64,000 nt of DNA from Collinsella sp. (GCA_036298225.1 JAXJJM010000011.1:1056-65055), one strand, 5' to 3'. Shown: positions 39,696 to 52,147, counted from the first letter of the stretch. Notes: generated from the sequence alone by a model not told the origin. Made by a program: numbers and translations.

Positions 39696-41348
39696 GTGGC
39701 GGGTAGATTGGGGCCTTCCTTGATTCGATGCGTTCTCTCGAGGTTCATCAGAGCAAAAGGGGCTTTCGTCTTCATTGCTATCACGGTGATTGGAACCGCT
39801 CTCTCCTATGCCATGCCATACGTGAACGGAAAATTTTTAGATTTTCTTCTCGGTAACCGCAGCGAAAGAGACGCCGCACTCTTCGCACTCCTGGTTGCGT
39901 CAATAGGAGTTTTCTCCACCCTCTTTACTTATTTTGCAGGAACACTTTCCATTCGCATAAGCACGAGACTTTCCTTTGATCTTCTCAGGGAGGCCGTCTT
40001 GCGTTTTGAAAGAGACGATTACTTGGTGAGTCGGACCATCGATCCAGCCTATACAACGCAACGGATTATTTCCGACTCCAGCGTGGTCTCATCCTTCGTT
40101 TTGGCGAATTTCATCAGTGCGCCGCTGTCCATTGTAGCTATTCCCATCGTATTGCTTATCATATGGTCAATTGATTCAACTCTCGCGGTGTTTTCCATCA
40201 TTCTCCTCATCGTGTATTTCTGTGTAATTACTGGGTTGAGGAAACTTTTGTATAGGGTCACGTATGAGAAGAAAGAGGCGGACAGCGCCTTTTACGCCGC
40301 AATTGCATCGCAGCTTAATCAGATTCTCAACATTCAACTGGCATCTTCGTACGGCAAGAGCGAACAAGCGCTCGACGCTGGGTTTAAGAGCTATTTTCCC
40401 AAAGTTTTGCGCTCCGGAAAGCTATCATATTCTCTGACATCGCTCGATGGTCTTTTCGCAGCGTTGTTTCAAGCGGTGATACTTGTTGTTTCCGGAGTAC
40501 GAATCATTAACGGAACTATGTCAATAGGCGAGTACACTATCATCGGTACATACTTCGCGGTTCTCTTTAAGACTTTGAAAAGTATGATGTCATTGTTCAA
40601 ATCCTATCAAGATGCCAAAGCATCATGGGATAGGACGGCTATCGCGACGAGAGAAAAGGAGAGATCGGGGTGGAATCGGACCGATTTAGCTAAACTCGAT
40701 GAAATAAATGACATTTCGGTATCTGATTTGGAATTCTCGGTTGCCCTTCCAGACGGATCTGTCCGAGAGGTCCTCGGCGGGTTTTCTTTCAAGTTTTCCG
40801 GTCCTGGTACATATTGCATAGTTGGGGAAAACGGAAGAGGCAAGACGTCACTTCTTTACTTGATGCTCGGGCTATACTCATCGAAAGGCAAAGTAAAATA
40901 CAACGGCGTGCCAATCGAAGAATGCGACTTGGATTACATACGTGCGAGAGAGATATCGTGCTGCCCACAGTCGTGCTTCGCGCCGGACGAAACGGTGAAA
41001 GAGCTGTTAGAGTATTTCGACACGCCCTTTTCTTCCTATCACCGGGGTGTAGATGGCCTACTTTCGCTGGAAAACAGCGTGAAGGAGTTGCTCGGGAAAC
41101 GTTGCTCCGCGCTTTCGGGCGGTGAGCTGCGCCGAGTGTACTTATGGTCGGCGATTTCACGCAAGTCGTCAGTTTTGGTACTCGACGAGCCCACGACTGG
41201 GTTAGACGCTGTAAGCCGCGCCGAGCTTGCGGCCTATGTTAAGCGCAACAAGCAAAGCCAGCTGATCATCGTTGTCTCTCACGATGACGAGATGGTCGGC
41301 GCGGTAGAAGGGGTAGTGGATTTAGGCAGCATGTACCAGGGTAAATGA
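39696..41348 (+). CDS. ABC exporter, fused TM + ATPase (no C39 peptidase domain evident)
   Basis: ~6 TM, GTMSIGE, GENGRGKT, LSGGELRR, VLDEPTTGLD, VVSH; start uncertain. Confidence 0.85.
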   Translation: MAGRLGPSLIRCVLSRFIRAKGAFVFIAITVIGTALSYAMPYVNGKFLDFLLGNRSERDAALFALLVASIGVFSTLFTYFAGTLSIRISTRLSFDLLREAVLRFERDDYLVSRTIDPAYTTQRIISDSSVVSSFVLANFISAPLSIVAIPIVLLIIWSIDSTLAVFSIILLIVYFCVITGLRKLLYRVTYEKKEADSAFYAAIASQLNQILNIQLASSYGKSEQALDAGFKSYFPKVLRSGKLSYSLTSLDGLFAALFQAVILVVSGVRIINGTMSIGEYTIIGTYFAVLFKTLKSMMSLFKSYQDAKASWDRTAIATREKERSGWNRTDLAKLDEINDISVSDLEFSVALPDGSVREVLGGFSFKFSGPGTYCIVGENGRGKTSLLYLMLGLYSSKGKVKYNGVPIEECDLDYIRAREISCCPQSCFAPDETVKELLEYFDTPFSSYHRGVDGLLSLENSVKELLGKRCSALSGGELRRVYLWSAISRKSSVLVLDEPTTGLDAVSRAELAAYVKRNKQSQLIIVVSHDDEMVGAVEGVVDLGSMYQGK

Positions 41349-41719
41349 TGACAAGTGTAGTGCTACCCAACTGGCAGAGATAACAAAAAGGCGATGCAGA
41401 TGCACGTAGCATTCAGGCGGTTCGGACTCGGTGCCTTCACGCCATCGCAACGCTTTCAGATATAGTTCTCGTTCTCTTACTAAAGGAAACTTTAGTCTAC
41501 GTCATCTTGTCGAGACAGAGGTGAAGCGAAGTGTTGTCGCGACGTATCTTATTCCAGGTGGCTCAGTATCAGCGTGAGAATCGCACCAAAGTGTACTTAC
41601 GATTCTCGTGTCCCACGGACAACATGAGCTGAGCATTGAGGTTCCACCCTTTGCTGCAACTACACGGGGTTGGACGGCAATGAATATGCCGGGCCGCATA
41701 CCACGCGCAGCGGGGGTCC

Positions 41720-41845
41720 ATGTCCCAGTATGTTGCCTACAGCAGCCTCGATGTCCACGCACACATCATCTCTGCCTTCGCGTTCAATCCATTTGCCGGA
41801 GAGTGCGAGGGTTGCCAGGCCGTAGAATTCGAGCCGAACAAATGA
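41720..41845 (+). pseudogene. Possible IS110-family transposase N-terminal remnant
   Basis: MSQYVAYSSLDVHAHIISAFAFNPFAGE resembles the GLDVH start of DEDD transposases; only 41 codons. Confidence 0.35.
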
Positions 41846-41939
41846 AATGCGGTATCAGCGCATAGGATTAAACTGACGATTGCTTTGCACTGAGAATACG
41901 CTTGGAAAGCCGCTATGGGTGGCGGCCCGGGTTAAATAG

Positions 41940-41984
41940 AGAAGCCCGTCCGATCACTTTCATGTGGCGAACGGTCGGGCTTCT
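41940..41984 (-). terminator. Hairpin closing the minus-strand RiPP operon
   Basis: AGAAGCCCGTCCG...CGGTCGGGCTTCT. Confidence 0.55.
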
Positions 41985-42048
41985 TATTCCACTTGCCAAT
42001 GCTCGGCTCATATTGGAAGAAAGCTACGCTAATGTTTGCGTGACACTC

Positions 42049-42156
42049 CTATTTTCTCCGAAGAAAGAGTCGGATAATGAAGAATAGAATTAAAAAAGGT
42101 GCCAGATATAACGCAAGTATAAAGGCTAATCCAACGAGACCTTGCAATAATGGCAT
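42049..42156 (-). CDS. 35-aa hydrophobic membrane peptide (MPLLQGLVGLAFILALYLAPFLILFFIIRLFLRRK)
   Basis: GGGAGGAG RBS + ATG; TM segment with basic C-terminus; not in ORF track. Confidence 0.6.
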   Translation of the reverse strand: MPLLQGLVGLAFILALYLAPFLILFFIIRLFLRRK

Positions 42157-42234
42157 GACTCCTCCCAGACACGAGATTTTGGTATTTGTTCCCATCTTAT
42201 TCTGAATTGGACCAAATAGTTCCTAGCCACAAAA

Positions 42235-42414
42235 CTACTCGTCAACTGGATCGCACCAATCTGCTGGCAAAACACAGCTTGATTCTTTATCGACATAGCA
42301 CCAATCCGCAACAGGGCACTCAGCGATGTCGTAAAAATTGCATATATCAACTCCAAGACAACAAGGCTCAACGGGAGGATGTTCATTTGAACCAACAGGA
42401 TGGATATGCTTCAT
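42235..42414 (-). CDS. RiPP precursor peptide 2, 59 aa (MKHIHPVGSNEHPPVEPCCLGVDICNFYDIAECPVADWCYVDKESSCVLPADWCDPVDE)
   Basis: RBS GAGGAG + ATG; 7 Cys with four CX3D, one CX2D and one CX4D; leader shared with precursor 1; below the ORF track size cutoff. Confidence 0.85.
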   Translation of the reverse strand: MKHIHPVGSNEHPPVEPCCLGVDICNFYDIAECPVADWCYVDKESSCVLPADWCDPVDE

Positions 42415-42444
42415 AACAGCTCCTCACCTTAATCCAATTAGAGA

Positions 42445-42648
42445 CTACGTTTGATCAATGCCACAGTGATCTACAACGCAGATGCTGCCGCCATCCATGT
42501 CATAGTCGCAGTAATCGTATGCACCACAGCCATCTGCTTTATCATAAACAGTACAGATGTCAGTAATGCCCAAGAGGCAGTCAAAAGACATCGGCTTCAC
42601 GCCTGCCTCGTCGCCACTTCCTGGATTAATCGGATGAATATGCTTCAC
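42445..42648 (-). CDS. RiPP precursor peptide 1, 67 aa (MKHIHPINPGSGDEAGVKPMSFDCLLGITDICTVYDKADGCGAYDYCDYDMDGGSICVVDHCGIDQT)
   Basis: AGGGAGG RBS + GTG at 42648; 6 Cys with CX3D/CX2D motifs; directly downstream of the rSAM gene. Confidence 0.85.
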   Translation of the reverse strand: MKHIHPINPGSGDEAGVKPMSFDCLLGITDICTVYDKADGCGAYDYCDYDMDGGSICVVDHCGIDQT

Positions 42649-42817
42649 GACTACCTCCCTTTGAGTGCAGAAAAACCTCAATATTGTGTATAACAAACCA
42701 AGATGTCTAGTTCACCATATTTCTAGAATGGTTTCGGCGAACGTAGCAATAAGCTTCGCAGACGGTAATCAGAAGAACGAACACCTCCACAATGGTGACA
42801 GCAATGCGCTGAACCGC

Positions 42818-44176
42818 TTATTCCGATACAGTAGCTTCTCGTTGATTTTTCTCCTGCGAAGATGAGTGGCGGGAAATAAGGTCAAAAGCCATCTCGTAGC
42901 ACATTTTTCTATATTCACATGATGCAGGGTGTAGACTCTTGGGCAAGTAGCCGTGCTCGTCTGCAGCCTCCCAGCTACAGCCCCCACCACAGAAAGACCG
43001 AGCCCAACAGTCCGTACAGTCAATTCTTTTTTCGACACCCTGACTCCAGTTTTCAATATACCTAGTTTCGTCAATTCCGGTGACGATGTTGCCCATTTTG
43101 AATCGCATCATCCCGACAAACCTGTGACAGGGGTATACGTCCCCTTCGGGAGTCACGGAAATAAAACGCCTGCCAACCCCGCATCCGACAAAGGCGATCC
43201 TGTTGCTCATAATCAAATCAACTGCAGTTTTCAATGTTCTAAACAAGGGCTTTTCCCCTTGATCAATCTGTTTGAGATATTGATCCGCCAAATCTATTAG
43301 GCCCGCCCTGATTTTGTTTAATGAGTGTTCGTCGAGTTTGATATTCTCATCGAATGAGCTCACGGGCGAGAAGTAAATCCTTCTGAAGCCCATCTCTTTA
43401 AACTGAAGATAGTCTTCAACAAGGTTACAGTTATTATTTGTTAAGGTCGCTCTTGCGCCGAAGGGGAACGACTCGGAAAAACGACGAACGTTTTTGTCGA
43501 TATCGGAGAAAGAGCCGCCTCCCGTCTTGTACGGGCGCGATGCATCGTGCTTGCATCCTGTACCATCGAGACTAATCAGAACAGAAAACCCGTGCTCCTT
43601 GAAAGAATTCACAGCAGTGTCATTCAAAAGCGTTCCGTTGGTCGTAATAGAATAGGTAAAGTTTCTATTGGGGTATATTCTTTTTGAATAGTCGACCGTT
43701 TTCCATATCAGCGGCTCGTTAATCATGGGTTCCCCACCAAAAAAGACGATCGCAAGCGTTTCGTTTTCCGATGAACTTGCGACGAGGTAGTCGACCGCCT
43801 TGAAGGCTATCTCGTCTGTCATCAGCAGAGGAGACGTTCCATAATCTCCTTTACCGGCAAAACAGTAACTACAACCAAGGTTGCATGCATGTGAAACGTG
43901 GAGTTCGATGGATCTAAGTTTTCGAGGCGTGTCTTTTGTTAAGAAAGTCCGCTCAGACAATCGTTGATACTCATCAATGTCGTCTTCAAGTTCTGCTATG
44001 GTCGTTTGGTCGTAGCCTTTCGCAGCAAGTGACTTTGTTAGCAACTTCGAGTTGACCGTTCTTCCCGATGCTTCAAATATGCAAAGCGCATCTTCTGATG
44101 CTTGGTCAACCTGAAAGCAATTGCGAGTGACCTCATCGAAGCAGTAACGACGATCACTTACTGAGAAAAAATGCAT
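42818..44176 (-). CDS. Radical SAM/SPASM peptide maturase (PapB/CteB-like ranthipeptide synthase candidate)
   Basis: CNLGCSYC, FFGGEP, TTNGTLL, ISLDG; SPASM CGVG...GDVYPC...CTDCWARSFCGGGC...C; ~80-aa N-terminal RRE-like extension; RBS GAGGA + ATG at 44176. Confidence 0.9.
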   Translation of the reverse strand: MHFFSVSDRRYCFDEVTRNCFQVDQASEDALCIFEASGRTVNSKLLTKSLAAKGYDQTTIAELEDDIDEYQRLSERTFLTKDTPRKLRSIELHVSHACNLGCSYCFAGKGDYGTSPLLMTDEIAFKAVDYLVASSSENETLAIVFFGGEPMINEPLIWKTVDYSKRIYPNRNFTYSITTNGTLLNDTAVNSFKEHGFSVLISLDGTGCKHDASRPYKTGGGSFSDIDKNVRRFSESFPFGARATLTNNNCNLVEDYLQFKEMGFRRIYFSPVSSFDENIKLDEHSLNKIRAGLIDLADQYLKQIDQGEKPLFRTLKTAVDLIMSNRIAFVGCGVGRRFISVTPEGDVYPCHRFVGMMRFKMGNIVTGIDETRYIENWSQGVEKRIDCTDCWARSFCGGGCSWEAADEHGYLPKSLHPASCEYRKMCYEMAFDLISRHSSSQEKNQREATVSE

Positions 44177-44739
44177 ACGTTCCTCAATTTCATGCTGGAC
44201 TGGCACTAACCTTGTTTATTGTTGCGCAGCTATAAAAAACCACCAGCGGGGATTCGGTGTGCGGCCCAATCGGACTCCCAAAAGGTTCTATTTGAGACTG
44301 GCAAGCTTTGCGTTGTTGGCACTTCGACAGCGCTCTTTATTCCAACATGGAGCCTCGCAGTTTGAGTCGACTTGCCTCTGGAAGGTCCGATCTTAACTTG
44401 ATTTAGGATGAAAACAGATTACAGGCGCGCTCCTCTAGAAAGAAAGGAAACCAATCGCCGCCTTTCACCAGGAAAGTTTTTATAGCCCACCTCGAGCAAA
44501 ATGAAAGATGCGAGAGCGATTGGGGAACAACGCGAATCTCCCCTTTTGGGTGGGAGCGAGCCTTCAGCCACCGGCGAACGACTCGCCCTGGTCAGAATCT
44601 GGAAGTGGTGCCGGGCCGCTTGGGCCTCCCCGGTGACTTCGTGGGGCTTACCTGCCTGACGTCGAGGAGTACATCCGCAAGATTCGTTCCCTATGCCGTT
44701 TGCTCTCACGCCCGCCTTAGTTCCAAGTCGGGCGAGCCG

Positions 44740-45166
44740 CCGCGCTCATGTGACCCGTGGCGGCGACACGTCGACGCCGCGCTCGCTGAGCACATCTTCG
44801 GTCGCGGGCGAGCACGAGGTCGCGCCGGCGCATCCGCTGGGACTGCTGTGCGTGCAAAACGGCTACGTGGTGAGCGTCCCGCGCTGGATTCAGCCGAGTG
44901 AGGAAGGCGTTGAGATCGGCGCGCTGGCAACGGGGGAGGGCGGCATCACCGACGACGTCTCGGCCCGCCATGCCCATATCTGGTGCGACGAGTCTGGCGC
45001 ATGGTTTGTCGAGGACCTGTCGTCCACTAACGGCACCGTGGTGGTAAACGGGGCCACGAGTGTGTGTATTCAAGTAGAGCCCGGCCGCTCCGCCCAGCTC
45101 AACCCCGGCGACGAGCTCAAACTCGGCGAATCCACCACCTACGCCATCCTGCTCGGCGCCCTCTAG
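44740..45166 (+). pseudogene. 5'-truncated duplicate of the FHA domain gene
   Basis: Encodes AH.T.GG.TSTPRSL...HPLGLL...FHA...YAILLGAL, matching the C-terminal half of 37493-38431; no convincing start. Confidence 0.75.
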
Positions 45167-45285
45167 CCGGCAGTTAGGGACGTTCCTTTCCTGCCGGTAC
45201 TTGGGGACACTCCTTGGCGCGTCAGAGCCAGTCGTCCGGGGATGGAGGGACCATTCTGGCCTTTGGCGGTCACCCGAGGTAAACC
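44740..45285 (+). repeat. Right copy of diverged direct repeat
   Basis: Homologous to 37998-38550. Confidence 0.85.
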
Positions 45286-45617
45286 TTTACCGCCCGCCTA
45301 TATTTGTCGAAATTACACTTAACGGCGGGGTACAATAAACCCGCATGCGGATTTCCGTTGCGGGCGCTTCCCATCGCCGGGGCGTGCCCGGGAGCATCCG
45401 GCATGCGGCCTTTGCGGCGCTCGGTCATGTGCAAGACGGGCGGTCGGGTCTGTGGGGCGCATCAGCCGCCCCTCGCCTCGGCATGTCTTCTCTCCACGCC
45501 ACGTACCTGCTGCTGAGCCTGCCTGCCAGATGATTGGAAGCAACAGCGTAAATCCCATCACGCCAACATCCCGGCGATCGCCGGGGCCTGTATACCTATA
45601 TGAGAGGAGAGGGGTAT

Positions 45618-49157
<3,540 letters not shown>

Positions 49158-49167
49158 GTCTCCCACC

Positions 49168-49292
49168 GCAGGATCTGAGGGCTAACCTTCGCGGACGTCC
49201 TCGGACATGAAAGAACCCCCGCTGCACACTACGTGCGGCGGGGGTTCTTTCGTTCTGCGGAGTGTCCGCGAAGGTTAGCCCTCAGATCCTGC
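49168..49292. repeat. 29-bp perfect inverted repeat enclosing a terminator hairpin
   Basis: 49168-49196 is the exact reverse complement of 49264-49292; inner stem 49209-49251. Confidence 0.8.
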
Positions 49293-49812
49293 TACGACTA
49301 CGTCCTCGGATTGTGTGGGCGGATGAAGGACGTAGTTGGCCGGGTATTCCGTCCCCTTCGCTGTTTCGCGGCTTTGCCGCGAAACCTCGCGCCACTTTGG
49401 GGATGGATGGGGGACTTGGCTGTTGCCGCCTTTTCGGAGCCCTTCTTTATTCCTTATGCTGGATGAAAAGCCCCTTGTTTTTGCAGGGGTGCATACTCGA
49501 CTTATAAGTGCATAGAATCTCGTATAGCTCGAGTAAGATATCGCGCTGTCCGTTTTGTGTTTAGCAGAGATGTAGTTTGCATAATCCGACATAATCCTTG
49601 CTGCATTTAAATAAAGTTGCACGTAAATGGCGTAGATATGTCTGAGCTGGTGTTCTGTACGCTGAGCGGACAAAAACGACCGTTCACCGTTCCGCTATTT
49701 TCAAAATGAATAAAATGAGCGATAAAGAGAATATAAACCTTAATAAACTCGCGTATCGCACGGACGCGGGTTATTAATGGGTTGTAGGCCTTTTACAGAA
49801 AGGATTCCAGCA

Positions 49813-50775
49813 ATGTCTAAGCCTCTTGGCAAGCCCGATCGTATTGTCGTCGCCCTTGGCGGCAACGCCCTCGGCAACAACCCCGTCGAGCAGATCGAGG
49901 CCGTGAGCAACACCGCCCACGCTCTCCTCGGTCTCATCGAGCAGGGCAACGAGATCATCATCACCCACGGCAACGGCCCGCAGGTCGGCATGATCCAGAA
50001 CGCCTTCGCCGCTGCCCACGACGCCATCGGTACCCCCGAGATGCCGCTGCCCGAGTGCGGCGCCATGTCCCAGGGCTACATTGGTTATCACCTGCAGCAG
50101 GGCATCGGCCGCGAGATGCACAAGCGCTATAAGCGTTGGCACGCCGCCACCGTCGTCACCCAGATCGAGTGCGATCCGGATGATCCCGCGTTCAAGAACC
50201 CGACCAAGCCGATCGGCCCCTTCTACACCGAGGAGCAGGCCAAGGAGTTCATGGCCGAGGATCCCTCCAAGGTCTTCGTCGAGGATTCCGGCCGCGGCTG
50301 GCGTCGCGTCGTCGCTTCCCCCGATCCCAAGAAGATCGTCGAGGCCGACTCCATCCTCAACCTGCTCGACAACGAGTTCATCGTCATCGCCTGCGGTGGC
50401 GGCGGCATCCCCGTCGTCCGCGACTACGAGAACAAGGGCTGCTACAAGGGCGTTCCCGCCGTCATCGACAAGGACCTGGGCGGCGAGCTGTTGGCCGAGG
50501 ACTGCGACGCTGACGTTCTGTTCCTGCTGACCGCCGTTGAGCATGTCGCCATCAACTTCGGCAAGCCCAACCAGGAGGAGCTCGAGGACCTCACCGCCGA
50601 CGAGGCCGAGCGCCTGGCCGACGAGGGCCAGTTCGGCAAGGGTTCCATGGAGCCCAAGGTCCGCGCTGCCATCAAGTTCGCCCGTTCCCGCAAGGGCCGC
50701 ACCTGCATCATCGGCGCTCTGGACAAGGCCGCCGAGACCATGGCCGGCCTCTCCGGTACCCGCATTCACGAGTAG
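49813..50775 (+). CDS. arcC: Carbamate kinase
   Basis: VVALGGNAL, THGNGPQVG, PTKPIGPFY, RRVVASP, VIDKD, GSMEPKV. Confidence 0.94.
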   Translation: MSKPLGKPDRIVVALGGNALGNNPVEQIEAVSNTAHALLGLIEQGNEIIITHGNGPQVGMIQNAFAAAHDAIGTPEMPLPECGAMSQGYIGYHLQQGIGREMHKRYKRWHAATVVTQIECDPDDPAFKNPTKPIGPFYTEEQAKEFMAEDPSKVFVEDSGRGWRRVVASPDPKKIVEADSILNLLDNEFIVIACGGGGIPVVRDYENKGCYKGVPAVIDKDLGGELLAEDCDADVLFLLTAVEHVAINFGKPNQEELEDLTADEAERLADEGQFGKGSMEPKVRAAIKFARSRKGRTCIIGALDKAAETMAGLSGTRIHE

Positions 50776-50840
50776 TCTCTACTCTGTTGCCTCTCTCGTG
50801 GGCGCTAGGCAAAGCGCCCACAAACTAGCCTCTCTTCATG

Positions 50841-50872
50841 AGCCCCGCAGTCCGCTCCGACTGCGGGGCTTT
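50841..50872 (+). terminator. Intrinsic terminator after arcC
   Basis: AGCCCCGCAGTC..GACTGCGGGGCT-TTT. Confidence 0.7.
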
Positions 50873-50882
50873 TGCTATTCAC

Positions 50883-50967
50883 CTAGTCATTGGGGACGTT
50901 CTTAAATGACTAGTCAAACAAGAGCGTCCCCAATGACCACTCATTTAAGTCTGTCCCCAATGACTAG
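50883..50967. repeat. REP-like repeat cluster
   Basis: Three copies of GTCCCCAATGAC (one inverted) with TCATTTAAG/CTTAAATGA arms. Confidence 0.6.
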
Positions 50968-51965
50968 TAGTAGGCCCACATGGCTTCGACTTCGTTGAGG
51001 ACCTCTACGACGCCCCAGCGGCGGGCGCTGCGGCTGGCCGAGTTGGGGTCGTAGACGCCAATCTGGTTGGCATCGTCGATGCCGTAGAGCACGATGTAGT
51101 GGCCTACGTTGGTAAACGTACCGGGGCGCACTGCGGCGATGACGGGCGCACCCGAGCGAAGTGCTTGGGTAATCGATTCGCGATCGTTATAGAGCTGTGT
51201 TCCGTTGAGCCCTAGCTGCCACGCACCGCCTGTCATAAACGACCACTCGGTGGCACCAGTGGGGGCGTAGTTGCCGGCTTCGGCCAGTGCGCATACATCG
51301 ACCGGCGTCTTATCGGTGTGGCCGGTCTTAAAGATATAGACCATGGTGAGGCAAGTGGGACCGCAAGCGTTTTCTCGAATAGTGCCACCGGCATAGGGCA
51401 GCTCCGACCATGCGGGGTCAATTTGGTAGATGTGGGGCATGGCGCCGGCCTGCCATTGCGAGCGTGGGGTCGAGAACGCAAAGGAGTAACCGGGCGCGAC
51501 GGGAGCTTTAAGCAGCTTGTCCTCGGCAGTGGGCTCAAGACCGGCTGATCCGTGGGAGATACAGGATCCCAAAAACACAAAGACGAGGCAGGCGGCAATG
51601 GAGCAAAGCGCAAGGCGTAGGCGGCGGGCCGGAAGCGCGTGGCTTGTGGTGTGCGACGCGGGGTGAGGGGCGGAATTGCCGCGATCGCGTTGAGGTCGCG
51701 AAAAGGAGCGCTTGACGTAGTAGTCGGTCTTACGGCGATCGTAGCGGCGTGGCTGCGATGTGCCGGTCTGGCGTTGGCGTGTGCTCGTACTCACACGGTC
51801 TGACTGCTGCACGGTACGGCTTTGCTGCCGCGAAGAAGCCCCGAGCTGCTCTTGGGGGCGCTGCGGGTTGTCGTTGTCGGAGGTGCTTCTGGGCGTTGAC
51901 GTGGTGCGGCCGGCAAGGCGCACGCTTTGTGGCCGTTGGTCGCCGTCATTGTATCCGTATGCCAT
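50964..51965 (-). CDS. C39-like (papain-fold) peptidase, membrane anchored
   Basis: YQIDPAW...NACGPTCLTMV...GHYIVL...VYDPNS; TM after a basic low-complexity N-terminus. Confidence 0.78.
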   Translation of the reverse strand: MAYGYNDGDQRPQSVRLAGRTTSTPRSTSDNDNPQRPQEQLGASSRQQSRTVQQSDRVSTSTRQRQTGTSQPRRYDRRKTDYYVKRSFSRPQRDRGNSAPHPASHTTSHALPARRLRLALCSIAACLVFVFLGSCISHGSAGLEPTAEDKLLKAPVAPGYSFAFSTPRSQWQAGAMPHIYQIDPAWSELPYAGGTIRENACGPTCLTMVYIFKTGHTDKTPVDVCALAEAGNYAPTGATEWSFMTGGAWQLGLNGTQLYNDRESITQALRSGAPVIAAVRPGTFTNVGHYIVLYGIDDANQIGVYDPNSASRSARRWGVVEVLNEVEAMWAYY

Positions 51966-52147
51966 TCGAATCACCTTGCCTCATGTGTAACTTGTCTATC
52001 CTACATAAAAAGATGCACGACACATGGGTATGTGCGCCAAAAGCCTGACAAATGGTATGAACGTTGCCGCGCCGCGCGCCAAGCGTCACGGCAACAGGTA
52101 TTCAAAAGCAGACAAGATGAAAGCGTCCAAGACGAATGACGTCTCCC

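Larger units (their letters stand above)
38551..44739. mobile_element. AT-richer genomic island carrying a RiPP cluster
   Basis: Abrupt compositional change, flanking duplication, pseudogenes; no integrase seen. Confidence 0.65.

Noticed and set aside
42126..42395. 89-aa ORF from the track
   Set aside because: Overlaps precursor 2 in another frame, has no evident RBS and no recognisable features.
44288..44392. Minus-strand Cys-containing frame DRTFQRQVDSNCEAPCWNKERCRSANNAKLASLK upstream of the rSAM, as a third precursor
   Set aside because: Preceded directly by an in-frame TAA, with no start codon or RBS and no MKHIHP leader or CXnD pattern.
45340..45617. Long GC-rich leader upstream of nifJ as a riboswitch
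   Set aside because: No recognisable aptamer motif or attenuator seen by eye.
50964..51965. C39-like peptidase as the RiPP leader peptidase
   Set aside because: Lies outside the island with host-like composition, appears extracytoplasmic, and the leaders lack a double-glycine cleavage site.
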